From IMG/VR virus record IMGVR_UViG_3300005405_000007: a DNA stretch of 64,000 bases. The stretch is one strand, 5' to 3'. The position numbers and the translations under genes were made by a program. Source of the stretch: an uncultured virus (IMG/VR IMGVR_UViG_3300005405_000007) (taxonomy: Duplodnaviria > Heunggongvirae > Uroviricota > Caudoviricetes). The notes below the pieces were generated by a model. The model was given only the letters and a program-made list of their open reading frames with translations, made no database searches and was not told the origin of the DNA. Positions 1-9,380 of this stretch are shown here, piece after piece; position 1 is the first letter of the stretch; each line of letters opens with the position of its first letter.

Positions 1-1
1 A

Positions 2-205
2 GAAACAAACGACAGTGATAATGAAAACAGCGAAACTAAAGACTTGGATTCACTTAAGGAACAACTAATGCAAAAACTAACTTCATTAACTCCAAAAGAA
101 AAAGAAGAAATGAAAGTCAAGTTGAAACAAGAAGGGTTGCCAATTACTTTTAAAAATGTAACTAATATAGAGGTTGTTGAAAAAGCATTGGAATTAATAA
201 GTTAA
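2..205 (+). CDS. 3' end of a gene truncated by the window edge (position equivalent to the ATPase upstream of SPbeta yorH-yorL)
   Basis: Open frame from nt 2 (ETNDSDNE...KALELIS) to TAA at 203-205; function inferred from gene order only. Confidence 0.55.
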   Translation, partial: ETNDSDNENSETKDLDSLKEQLMQKLTSLTPKEKEEMKVKLKQEGLPITFKNVTNIEVVEKALELIS

Positions 206-220
206 TATAAATATAAAAAA

Positions 221-260
221 TTATATAAGTCAGGGTATTTTCATGCCTTGACTTATATAA
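221..260. terminator. Long stem-loop, possible terminator or processing site
   Basis: TTATATAAGTCAGGGTA...TGCCTTGACTTATATAA inverted repeat with G-U pairs. Confidence 0.55.
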
Positions 261-287
261 TATAAATACATAGAAGGTGTTTGTATA

Positions 288-740
288 TTGAGTAAAGACA
301 AATTTGATAGAAAAATATTATTTAACTATTTACAAGACAAATATGAAGTTACTAAACTTCCAAAACAATTCTTTATAAAAATGTCAAATATATTTAAAGG
401 TAAACTTGACGGTTTATCAAAACCCATACCTCCAGAACATATGTATGATATGTGGATTAGGAAATCTAGTTATTTAGATAAAGTAAATTCAAAAAATATT
501 TCAAAAGGTAAAAAACTAGATAATTATGCACGACTAAACTATGATTTGGCAATAATCATTTCAAAATACGATGATTATTTGTCATGGTTGGATAGACAAA
601 AAGCCCAATCAGCAGATAATAGCAATTTAAAAGAAAGTGTAGTAATAACTGAAGTTTTGTATAGTCAAAGCAATAACCAAAAAATAAAAAATACTAATGA
701 AGAAAATAATTTTGCGGATTTAATAGATGAATTGATTTAA
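288..740 (+). CDS. Hypothetical replication-module protein (YorH-like position; possible helicase loader)
   Basis: 150 aa, SD GAAGGTG before TTG, directly upstream of the helicase. Confidence 0.55.
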   Translation: MSKDKFDRKILFNYLQDKYEVTKLPKQFFIKMSNIFKGKLDGLSKPIPPEHMYDMWIRKSSYLDKVNSKNISKGKKLDNYARLNYDLAIIISKYDDYLSWLDRQKAQSADNSNLKESVVITEVLYSQSNNQKIKNTNEENNFADLIDELI

Positions 741-770
741 TATCTGGACTATGGTTAGGGGTGAGTTTAA

Positions 771-2375
771 ATTACTAAAATCAATAGTGACTTAGGTGAA
801 CTAAAGGATTTATTAGTAAACGTTCAAAATGAAATGCTACTTGTAGGATGTTTTTATAAAGAACCAGATTTATACATAAAATATGGTCAATTTATTAGAA
901 GTAAATATGATTTTGCTGATGAGGCAATGAAGTTTTTTTATGATTGTTTTGAGTTGATGTATAAAACATTTTCACAAACAATTGATGAGTTTAAAGTTAA
1001 TACTTTTATAACACAGGATTCAGAAAGATTTAAAATATATTCTAACTTTGGAAGATATGAAACAATAAAAAAAATAGTGCTTATTAGTGATACGAGTGAC
1101 ATAGATAATTATTTTGAAACTGTAAAAAAGTATTCTCTTGTTAGGGAATACCATAGAAAAGGTTATCCTATACAAAAAATGGTGCAACATCAAAGATTCC
1201 CATCAATGACAGCAGAGCAGGTTTATAAAACAATTAAGGCTGGCGCAGATAAAGTTAGCACAGTTATATTATGCAACAAAGAAAGTTCAGTAATTAATAG
1301 TGGTGTAAGTGATACAGTAAATAAATATTTAATTACTCCACAAATGGGATTAATGACTCCTTGGAATATGTATAATGAAATGTTTAGGGGATGTAGATCG
1401 GGAAAAGTAATTTTTGATGGTTTGTTATCAAACGAAGGTAAAACTAGAAAATTAATGTTGTTAGCTACATATATTACTATGGTTAAGAATGAGAAATTTT
1501 TTTTAGCCAGTAATGAAATGGACGAAGAAGATTTAAGAAGTTGTTTAATTACTACAGTATTAAATAATAAAGAGTTTAAAGAAATACATGGAATTGATAT
1601 AGTAAAAAAAGAACGAGAAGTAGTCTTAGGATTATATAAAGATGATATTAGTAGCGAATTTATATACAGAAAAACAAATAATCATGGTATTTTTATTGAA
1701 GATGAAGATGAATATATTAAAAGAGTGACTAAAAATTCCAATGAATATAGATTGACACAAGAGGTTGCTAAGTGGGTAGATAGCAAAAGGGAAACACAAT
1801 TGTTTTTTAAAGATGTTGGAATGGATTATTCTGATACGGCATTAGAATTTGAATTTAAGAAACACCAAATGATATATGGAATTAAATATGGTGGTTACGA
1901 TACCCTAAAGGGGTTTGGTACTGATGATTGGCAAACTGTAAAACAAACTGCGACAAAACTTAAAGAATTGATGAAAGAAATAAATATGTTTTTATATGCT
2001 GTGTTTCAACTTACGGATGATGCAGTTTACACTGATGTATTTGAATTAAATAGCAATCATATTGCAAATGCAAAACAAATAAAACATATTGCTGATCATT
2101 TAAGTTTAGGTAAAAGACTAAATAAAGAAGATTATCATAAATACAAATATATACCTATTGGTTGTTGGGGAGAAGAAGCCTATGAAAATCTAAATCCAAA
2201 TAAAACATATTATGGAGTTAAGGTTGAAAAAAATCGTGGTGGGAATAAGAATGGTATAATTTTATACGATGTGGATTTAGATTATAATATTTGGTCAAAT
2301 ATAGGTGCATTAGTACCATCAAACCATAATGTTGACAGTGGAAATAAAAATAATAAAAAGAAATATTCAAAGTGA
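771..2375 (+). CDS. dnaB: DnaB-like replicative helicase (probable ATT start at 771; first ATG at 834)
   Basis: Walker A-like SNEGKTR, SNEM motif, VFQL, C-terminal VEKNRGG; lies next to the primase. Confidence 0.88.
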   Translation: MTKINSDLGELKDLLVNVQNEMLLVGCFYKEPDLYIKYGQFIRSKYDFADEAMKFFYDCFELMYKTFSQTIDEFKVNTFITQDSERFKIYSNFGRYETIKKIVLISDTSDIDNYFETVKKYSLVREYHRKGYPIQKMVQHQRFPSMTAEQVYKTIKAGADKVSTVILCNKESSVINSGVSDTVNKYLITPQMGLMTPWNMYNEMFRGCRSGKVIFDGLLSNEGKTRKLMLLATYITMVKNEKFFLASNEMDEEDLRSCLITTVLNNKEFKEIHGIDIVKKEREVVLGLYKDDISSEFIYRKTNNHGIFIEDEDEYIKRVTKNSNEYRLTQEVAKWVDSKRETQLFFKDVGMDYSDTALEFEFKKHQMIYGIKYGGYDTLKGFGTDDWQTVKQTATKLKELMKEINMFLYAVFQLTDDAVYTDVFELNSNHIANAKQIKHIADHLSLGKRLNKEDYHKYKYIPIGCWGEEAYENLNPNKTYYGVKVEKNRGGNKNGIILYDVDLDYNIWSNIGALVPSNHNVDSGNKNNKKKYSK

Positions 2376-2390
2376 AAGGAGTATTGACAT

Positions 2391-3437
2391 ATGGATATTA
2401 AAAGATTGAAACAGTATATTTTTACTAATGAAAAAGTTGATTATGTGTTATCTCAGATTGGATGTAAAAATATTTCCAGACATGACAATTATTATTCATG
2501 TGCTAATTATGACGGTGATAATAATCAAGCCATATGTCAATACTTTGACACTGAATATTTAAATTGCATCAATCATACTAGAGACATCAGATATAATAAA
2601 TCAAATAAACCAACTAGTATAATTGACCTTGTATGTTTTGTTAAACAAGTAAATTTGTTTAAGTGTGTTAAATACCTATGTGATATTTTAGGATTAGATT
2701 ATTACGAAATGAGTAATGAAGATGATGTGCCTGAAAGTCTTAAAATGTTGCAAATGTTATATGATATGAAAACTGGAGACTATGTAGATGAAAATTATAA
2801 ATTAAAACCTATAAGTGAAAAAATATTAACTTATTATAAACCGTATGTTAATGATATGTTTTTTAAAGACAATATCTCTTATGATACCCAAAAGTATTTT
2901 GAAATTGGATATGATGATGAAACAAACCATATTACAATCCCAATAAGAGATGAGATAGGGAATTTGGTTGGAATAAAAGGAAGAATTTTTGAATATGGAG
3001 AAATTGAAAATAAATATATATATTTAGAAAAATGTGCTAGAAGCAAAATACTTTTTGGATTAGATAAATCAATAAAACATATAAAAGAAAAAGGTTATTG
3101 CTATGTTTTGGAATCTGAAAAAGCAACCATGCAACTCTTTAACATGGGGTACTACAACTGTGTTTCAACAGGTGGAAAGAAAGTTAGTAGAATGCAGAAA
3201 AACAAACTTTGTTCATTGGGAGTTGATTTAATATTTTGTTTTGACAAAGATGTTTTAAAAGAAGAGATAGAAGAATTGTCAGAGGGGTTAGAAGGGGCAA
3301 ATATATATATGCTATATGATACAAACAATATTTTAGGAGAGAAAGAATCGCCATCTGATAATCCACAAATATGGGAAAAACTTATAAAAAATTGCATTAT
3401 CCCAATAAAGAAAGGAAAGGACGAAACTATTAAATGA
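2391..3437 (+). CDS. dnaG: DNA primase (DnaG-like, Toprim)
   Basis: ITIPIRDEIGNLVGIKGR, LESEK and FCFDKD Toprim motifs. Confidence 0.88.
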   Translation: MDIKRLKQYIFTNEKVDYVLSQIGCKNISRHDNYYSCANYDGDNNQAICQYFDTEYLNCINHTRDIRYNKSNKPTSIIDLVCFVKQVNLFKCVKYLCDILGLDYYEMSNEDDVPESLKMLQMLYDMKTGDYVDENYKLKPISEKILTYYKPYVNDMFFKDNISYDTQKYFEIGYDDETNHITIPIRDEIGNLVGIKGRIFEYGEIENKYIYLEKCARSKILFGLDKSIKHIKEKGYCYVLESEKATMQLFNMGYYNCVSTGGKKVSRMQKNKLCSLGVDLIFCFDKDVLKEEIEELSEGLEGANIYMLYDTNNILGEKESPSDNPQIWEKLIKNCIIPIKKGKDETIK

Positions 3438-5185
3438 AATATATTCTTATAGGAGACAATAATACAAGAAATGTAAAAAATACAATTTTGAAAAACAGAG
3501 GGGTTACAGATATACAAAACTACTTAAATCTAAATTCAAATTGTTTGTTTGAATATTCGTTGTTAGATAATATAAGCGAAGGAGTTAGTTTATTAAAGAA
3601 AACAATTGAAAGTGAATTACCCATTTATATAGTAGTTGATTCTGATCCAGATGGGTATACAAGTGCGAGTAGTTTGTTTCATTACATTGTTACAAAAATA
3701 AAATATAAAAATATCAATTACATAATTCAAGAGGGCAAAAAACATGGTTTATCAGAAGAAGTAATGAATGTATTATTAACCAAGGATGTTGGATTAATAA
3801 TATTGCCGGATGCAGGGACTAATGATACAGAACAATGTAAATCATTAAGTGAGTTTGGTTTTAGTATTTTAATTTTAGATCATCATCAAAAAGAACGAGA
3901 CAATGAATATGCAATAATTATTAATAACCAAACATGTGACTATCCAAATAAAAATTTATGTGGTGTTGGCATTGTGTTTAAATTTCTTCAAGCCCTAGAT
4001 GATGAATATTGGTTATCAAATGCAGATGATTATATTGATTTGGTGGCATTAGGAAATATTTCAGATGTAATGGATTTAAAAGAATGCGAAACTAAATATT
4101 TAGTTGACATAGGGTTGCAAAATATATCACACCCTTTATTATTATCACTAATAAACAAGCAATCATATAGTATTAAAAATACAGAAAAACCAACAATTAT
4201 AGATATATCATTTTATATAACTCCATTAATTAACGCAATGATTAGAACAGGTTTACAAAGTGAAAAGGAATTATTATTTAGAGCGTTTATTCAGGATTAT
4301 GAAGAATTTGAGTATACCCCAAGGAAGTCAAAAAACAATCCTAATCCAGAACAAGTAATGGAATCTATATATGATAGAATTGCAAGGTTATGTAATAATG
4401 CAAAAGCAAAACAATCAAAAATACAACAAAAAGCTGTAGATGAAATTATTAGTCTGTATGATGATAGTAATAAAGAAAATGTTATTTGTTTTGTTAATGC
4501 AAGTAAATTAGAAAATGTAACCAGAGAGTTGACTGGGTTAGTTGCAATTAAAATAGCTTCTAAATACGAAAAACCTTGCTTAATTCTAAGAAAGGATATT
4601 AACAAAAGTACCAATGAAAAAGTTATATTTAGTGGTAGTGCAAGAAATATTAATAATGGGTTTGTTGAAAATTTAAAAACAGAACTTGAAAGTAGTAAAT
4701 TATTTGAAGAATTAGTTGGTCATGAAAATGCATTTGGAGTATCAATTAACAAAGATAATATTCCCAATGCAATCGAATATTTCAATAATAAATATTCGGA
4801 AATAACTAATGATAAAATACATAAAGTTGATTTTATATTTGAAAATACAATAGATTATAAAATTATTAGAGATATACATAGTATGCAACATTTGTTCTCA
4901 AGTTTTGTAAAAGAACCATTGATCGCGATCAATAATGTAAATATAGATTTATTAGGGTTCAACGCATTTGGAAATGAAAATAAAAAACATTGGAAATTCC
5001 AAAATGATGTTATTGAATTTATAAAATTTAACTCACCGGAGGATGATGAAATGCTTAATATTGATACATTTATGTATAGTAATGTTGTAATGAATATTGT
5101 TGGAAAGACTTCAATTAATATATTTGGAAGTAAAACAACGCCACAATTAATAATTGAGGATTATCAGATAGTAAGTAAAATATAA
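3434..5185 (+). CDS. recJ: RecJ-like ssDNA exonuclease (DHH/DHHA1)
   Basis: DSDPDG, ILDHH, LVALGNISDVM, GSAR and GHENAFG motifs. Confidence 0.92.
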   Translation: MKYILIGDNNTRNVKNTILKNRGVTDIQNYLNLNSNCLFEYSLLDNISEGVSLLKKTIESELPIYIVVDSDPDGYTSASSLFHYIVTKIKYKNINYIIQEGKKHGLSEEVMNVLLTKDVGLIILPDAGTNDTEQCKSLSEFGFSILILDHHQKERDNEYAIIINNQTCDYPNKNLCGVGIVFKFLQALDDEYWLSNADDYIDLVALGNISDVMDLKECETKYLVDIGLQNISHPLLLSLINKQSYSIKNTEKPTIIDISFYITPLINAMIRTGLQSEKELLFRAFIQDYEEFEYTPRKSKNNPNPEQVMESIYDRIARLCNNAKAKQSKIQQKAVDEIISLYDDSNKENVICFVNASKLENVTRELTGLVAIKIASKYEKPCLILRKDINKSTNEKVIFSGSARNINNGFVENLKTELESSKLFEELVGHENAFGVSINKDNIPNAIEYFNNKYSEITNDKIHKVDFIFENTIDYKIIRDIHSMQHLFSSFVKEPLIAINNVNIDLLGFNAFGNENKKHWKFQNDVIEFIKFNSPEDDEMLNIDTFMYSNVVMNIVGKTSINIFGSKTTPQLIIEDYQIVSKI

Positions 5186-5203
5186 TAAAAGGTAGGTTGA
5201 TAT

Positions 5204-6070
5204 ATGCCAAAATTTAAAGATCTAACTGGACAAAAAATTAATAATTGGAAAGTGTTGGAGCATAAAGGTTTCAATAAACATGGTGCTTCTTTGTGGTTGG
5301 TAGAATGCGATTGTCATAAACATACTCAAAGGATAAAAATTGGTGCAATGATAAAAAATAATCAAGATTGTGGATGTGGTGGACTACCAGATTTAACAGG
5401 TAAATTATTTGGTAGGTGGTTAGTAATAATGCACGACAATAAAGATATGTGGTTATGTGAATGCCAATGTGAAAAGAAGACTAGAAAAATAATTGATGGC
5501 AGAAAACTTAGAAATAATGGAAGTCATTCATGTGGATGTTTAACCATTGAGGCAAACAAAAAATATAATACATATGATTTATCTGGAGAATATGGAATAG
5601 GATGGACAACAAATAAAAATGATAAATTTTACTTTGATTTGGAAGATTATTATTTAATTAAGAATTTTACATGGATCACAGGAAGCGATGGTTATGTGGT
5701 TGGAACCAAAAATCGTATAGGATTTAGAATGCATCGGTTTATTATTAATGTTCCAGACAATATACAAATTGATCATATTAATAGAAATAGAAAAGACAAT
5801 AGAAAAACAAATTTAAGATTTGCCACTAATCAATTAAATTCTTTTAATCAAAGTAAAAGATATGATAATAAAAGTGGGATTATAGGAGTTTGCTGGTGGG
5901 AAAGAGATAATAATTGGTTAGCGCAAATTAAATATAATTATAAAAGAATATTTTTGGGTTATCATGATAATTTTGAAGATGCTATAGTGGCGAGATTGAA
6001 GGCAGAAAAAGATTTATTTGGCGAAAAATTTGCTCCGCAAAGACATTTATTTGAACAATACAATATATAG
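5204..6070 (+). CDS. Free-standing HNH homing endonuclease with AP2-like C-terminus
   Basis: IDHINRNRKDNRKTNLR (HNH), SGIIGVCW (AP2-like), two N-terminal DLTG...W.xECxC repeats. Confidence 0.88.
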   Translation: MPKFKDLTGQKINNWKVLEHKGFNKHGASLWLVECDCHKHTQRIKIGAMIKNNQDCGCGGLPDLTGKLFGRWLVIMHDNKDMWLCECQCEKKTRKIIDGRKLRNNGSHSCGCLTIEANKKYNTYDLSGEYGIGWTTNKNDKFYFDLEDYYLIKNFTWITGSDGYVVGTKNRIGFRMHRFIINVPDNIQIDHINRNRKDNRKTNLRFATNQLNSFNQSKRYDNKSGIIGVCWWERDNNWLAQIKYNYKRIFLGYHDNFEDAIVARLKAEKDLFGEKFAPQRHLFEQYNI

Positions 6071-6081
6071 GATGTGATATA

Positions 6082-9000
6082 ATGAGTTACAGTTCCTTAC
6101 ACAACCATAGCATGTACAGCTTGCAAGACGGCCTTGGAACCCCAAAAGAAATGTTGGATAGAGCAAAAGAAATAGGTCTAAAAGGATTTGCTATTACAGA
6201 GCATGGTGTTGCTTATTCATGGCCTTATTTTGATATATTAAAAAAAGAATATCCTGAGATTAAAATGGTTTATGGAGTAGAATTCTATGAATGTTTTGAT
6301 ACTAGTGTTAAAGACAAAGATAATAAATATTTTCATTTAGTTGCACTTGCTAAAAACGAACAGGGAAGGAAATCTTTAAATCAATTAATTACAAAAAGTG
6401 AATTTGAGGGTAAATATTATAAACCAAGAGTAGATTTAAATATGCTAAAACCACATGCACAAAATCTTATTATATTAAGTGCATGTTTAGCAAGCAAAAT
6501 AGCCAGAGAAGATAATTATAATAAATGTATTGAATACGTCAATGAATATAAAAACATATTTCCTCACTTTTATTTAGAAATGCAATCTCATCAAAATCAA
6601 CAAACTTACAATCAAAAAATAATAAAATTATCCCAAGAAACAAACACGCCTTTTGTAATTACAACTGATAGTCATGTTGCGGTCAAAGAACACTTAAAAT
6701 ATCAAGCAAGACATGTTCAAATAGCAAGAGATACGGATACAATGTCAGAATTATACGAAGGTTGTTATATGCAATCTGATGAAGAAATACATGAAATAAT
6801 GGACAATCAAATTGGCAAAGAGAATGTTGACATTGGATTGAAAAACACAGATATTATTGCAGATTTAATTGAAGTGGTTAATATGCCATTTCAATCTCCA
6901 CAATTACCTACTTTCCCATTACCAGAAGGTTTTAATAGTAACAAAGAATATTTACAACATTTAACACAAGATATTGGTTGGTTTAATAGAGGGTATGATA
7001 AACGAACCTTTGATGAACAAAAAATAAGGAAGGAACGACTTGAACATGAATTAGAAGTTATTGATGAAATGGGTTTTTGTGGTTACTTTCTTATAGTATG
7101 GGATTATATTAATTTCTGCAAAGAAAATGACTACCCTGTTGGTGCAGGTCGAGGTAGTGCAGGTGGATCAGTTGTGTGTTATCTACTTGGTATATCTGCA
7201 CTCGATCCAATTGACTATAATTTAATTTTTGAAAGATTCTTAAACAAAGAACGTGTAAGTATGCCTGATATTGATCTTGATTTTGCTTATAGAGAATTGG
7301 TTATAGAATATTTAATGAAAAAATATGGAGAAATGCGAGTTTGCCAAGTATTAAATTTAGCATCAATTACACCAGTTGTTGCTATTAAAGACGTTGGAAG
7401 AATATTGAAAGATGAAAATGGCAAACCACTTATTCCTAGTGCCACAATAAATAATATAGCTAAATTATTTACTGAAAAAGAATTTGATAAATGTATTGAA
7501 TTAAATGGTGATACAATAAGAAAATATAATAATGAAGTATATAAAGAACTATTCGATATTGCTAGAATGCTAAGTGGAAGAATTAGACATGTATCTACAC
7601 ATGCAGGTGGGGTTGGAATAGTTGACACAAGTATAAATGACTATATGCCTATGAAACTAGGTGAAAAAGGCGAACATGTTATTCAAGTAGATAAAATAAT
7701 GATTGAAGAAATAGGTATTATTAAGTTTGATATTTTAGGATTAAAAAATCTAATAATTATTGATGGTGTTAAAAAACGCATTGGATTATCAGATTGGGAT
7801 TTAGACCCGAATAATCCTAAATTTTTAAATGATGAAAAAATGTATAAGTTACTTCAAAGTGGAAAAACAAATAATGTTTTTCAAGTAGAATCGCAAGGCA
7901 TGAAAGACTTATTATTAAGACTTCAACCAACATCATTAGAAGATATTTCAGCAGTTCTAGCACTTTATAGACCAGATAGCATGAGTTACCTAGAAGATTA
8001 TATTTATTATAAGCATCATATAAATGAAATTAAATACATACATGAAGATATGAGATTGATATTAGAAACAACAAATGGGCAGATGATTTATCAAGAACAA
8101 CTGATGGACATAGTAAGAAAATTTGGTGGAAGAACATATGGTGGTGCTGATAAATTTAGGAAAGGCATAGGAAAAAAAGACCATGATATTGTAAAAAAAG
8201 AATCTGATAAATTGTATAAAGAGATTGAAAATAATAACTACAGTGAAGAAATAGCAAAAATAATTAGTGATGATTTACGATCCAAGGGGTCTTACATGTT
8301 TAACAAATCACATTCTGCTCTTTATGGGGTTATCACTCTACAAACAGCTTATCTAAAAGCACATTATCCAGTAGAATTTTATTGTGAAGTATTTAATGCC
8401 TGTGAAGGTGATAATGGTAAATTAAATAAATATCTTGTTGAAGCGCAAGAATTAGGAATACAAGTTTTTCCTCCACACATAAATAAATCTGATTTTAAAT
8501 TTAATGTAGACAATAAAAATATACTATTTGGTTTAAATTCAATCAATCAAGTTGGAGAGAAGATTGTTCAAAACATAATAAATGAAAGAGATCAAAATGG
8601 CAAATTTGAAGGATTAGATAATTTTATAAACAGGGTGCAATGTAGCTCTGCACAAGTAGTAATGCTAATTAAATCGGGTGCTTTACCAACAAAAGATAAA
8701 AATAATATGCTTTTAAGGTATGCAGAAAAGTATGTAAAGACTGACAAAGAATATAAACCATATTCTGACGTTAAAAGTTTACCAACTTTATTAGAACTAA
8801 AAACTAAGTGGTTTATAGATACTGATGTTATAAAAGACAAAGAAAAAAGACTTAAACTATATAATGAAAAGAGGAGAATTGAGCACGAAACAACTAAATA
8901 TCAAGATTGGTTAAAACAACAAAATGAAGTTAAAGAAAATGCTATTAAAGAGTTTAAAGAAAAATATATGCAAAATCAGCAATTTTGGGAGTTTGAAGCT

Positions 9001-9360
9001 TTAACTATTTTCCTCAGCGATAATCCATTTAATGAAATAGTTCAATATAATAATGAAAATTTCTATGATTGTGAAATAGGAGATGAGTGTGTAATTATTG
9101 GTATTATATCAAGGATACAAAAGAAAAAAGATCGACACAAAAAGGATTATGCGTATATTAATGTTTATGAAAGTAATGGTTTATTAGAAGGGATAGCATG
9201 GTCTAGTATATATTCTAAATACATAGACTTTATAAAGAAAAATAATAAACTGGCGTTTTATGCAGAAAAATCAAATGAAGATACATTTATTATTAAAAAA
9301 ATTAAAACTATAGAAGATTGGATAGATGATAGAAAATTAAACAATATAATTTCTATGTAA
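6082..9360 (+). CDS. dnaE: DNA polymerase III alpha subunit
   Basis: PHP LHNHSMYS, GRGSAGGS, catalytic PDIDLDF, KFDILGL, FNKSHS. Confidence 0.96.
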   Translation: MSYSSLHNHSMYSLQDGLGTPKEMLDRAKEIGLKGFAITEHGVAYSWPYFDILKKEYPEIKMVYGVEFYECFDTSVKDKDNKYFHLVALAKNEQGRKSLNQLITKSEFEGKYYKPRVDLNMLKPHAQNLIILSACLASKIAREDNYNKCIEYVNEYKNIFPHFYLEMQSHQNQQTYNQKIIKLSQETNTPFVITTDSHVAVKEHLKYQARHVQIARDTDTMSELYEGCYMQSDEEIHEIMDNQIGKENVDIGLKNTDIIADLIEVVNMPFQSPQLPTFPLPEGFNSNKEYLQHLTQDIGWFNRGYDKRTFDEQKIRKERLEHELEVIDEMGFCGYFLIVWDYINFCKENDYPVGAGRGSAGGSVVCYLLGISALDPIDYNLIFERFLNKERVSMPDIDLDFAYRELVIEYLMKKYGEMRVCQVLNLASITPVVAIKDVGRILKDENGKPLIPSATINNIAKLFTEKEFDKCIELNGDTIRKYNNEVYKELFDIARMLSGRIRHVSTHAGGVGIVDTSINDYMPMKLGEKGEHVIQVDKIMIEEIGIIKFDILGLKNLIIIDGVKKRIGLSDWDLDPNNPKFLNDEKMYKLLQSGKTNNVFQVESQGMKDLLLRLQPTSLEDISAVLALYRPDSMSYLEDYIYYKHHINEIKYIHEDMRLILETTNGQMIYQEQLMDIVRKFGGRTYGGADKFRKGIGKKDHDIVKKESDKLYKEIENNNYSEEIAKIISDDLRSKGSYMFNKSHSALYGVITLQTAYLKAHYPVEFYCEVFNACEGDNGKLNKYLVEAQELGIQVFPPHINKSDFKFNVDNKNILFGLNSINQVGEKIVQNIINERDQNGKFEGLDNFINRVQCSSAQVVMLIKSGALPTKDKNNMLLRYAEKYVKTDKEYKPYSDVKSLPTLLELKTKWFIDTDVIKDKEKRLKLYNEKRRIEHETTKYQDWLKQQNEVKENAIKEFKEKYMQNQQFWEFEALTIFLSDNPFNEIVQYNNENFYDCEIGDECVIIGIISRIQKKKDRHKKDYAYINVYESNGLLEGIAWSSIYSKYIDFIKKNNKLAFYAEKSNEDTFIIKKIKTIEDWIDDRKLNNIISM

Positions 9361-9380
9361 TCTATAAAGGAGGGTGAAGT

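Noticed and set aside
6082..9360. Intein or intron in dnaE
   Set aside because: The length and motif order are normal and no C...HN/C insertion was seen.
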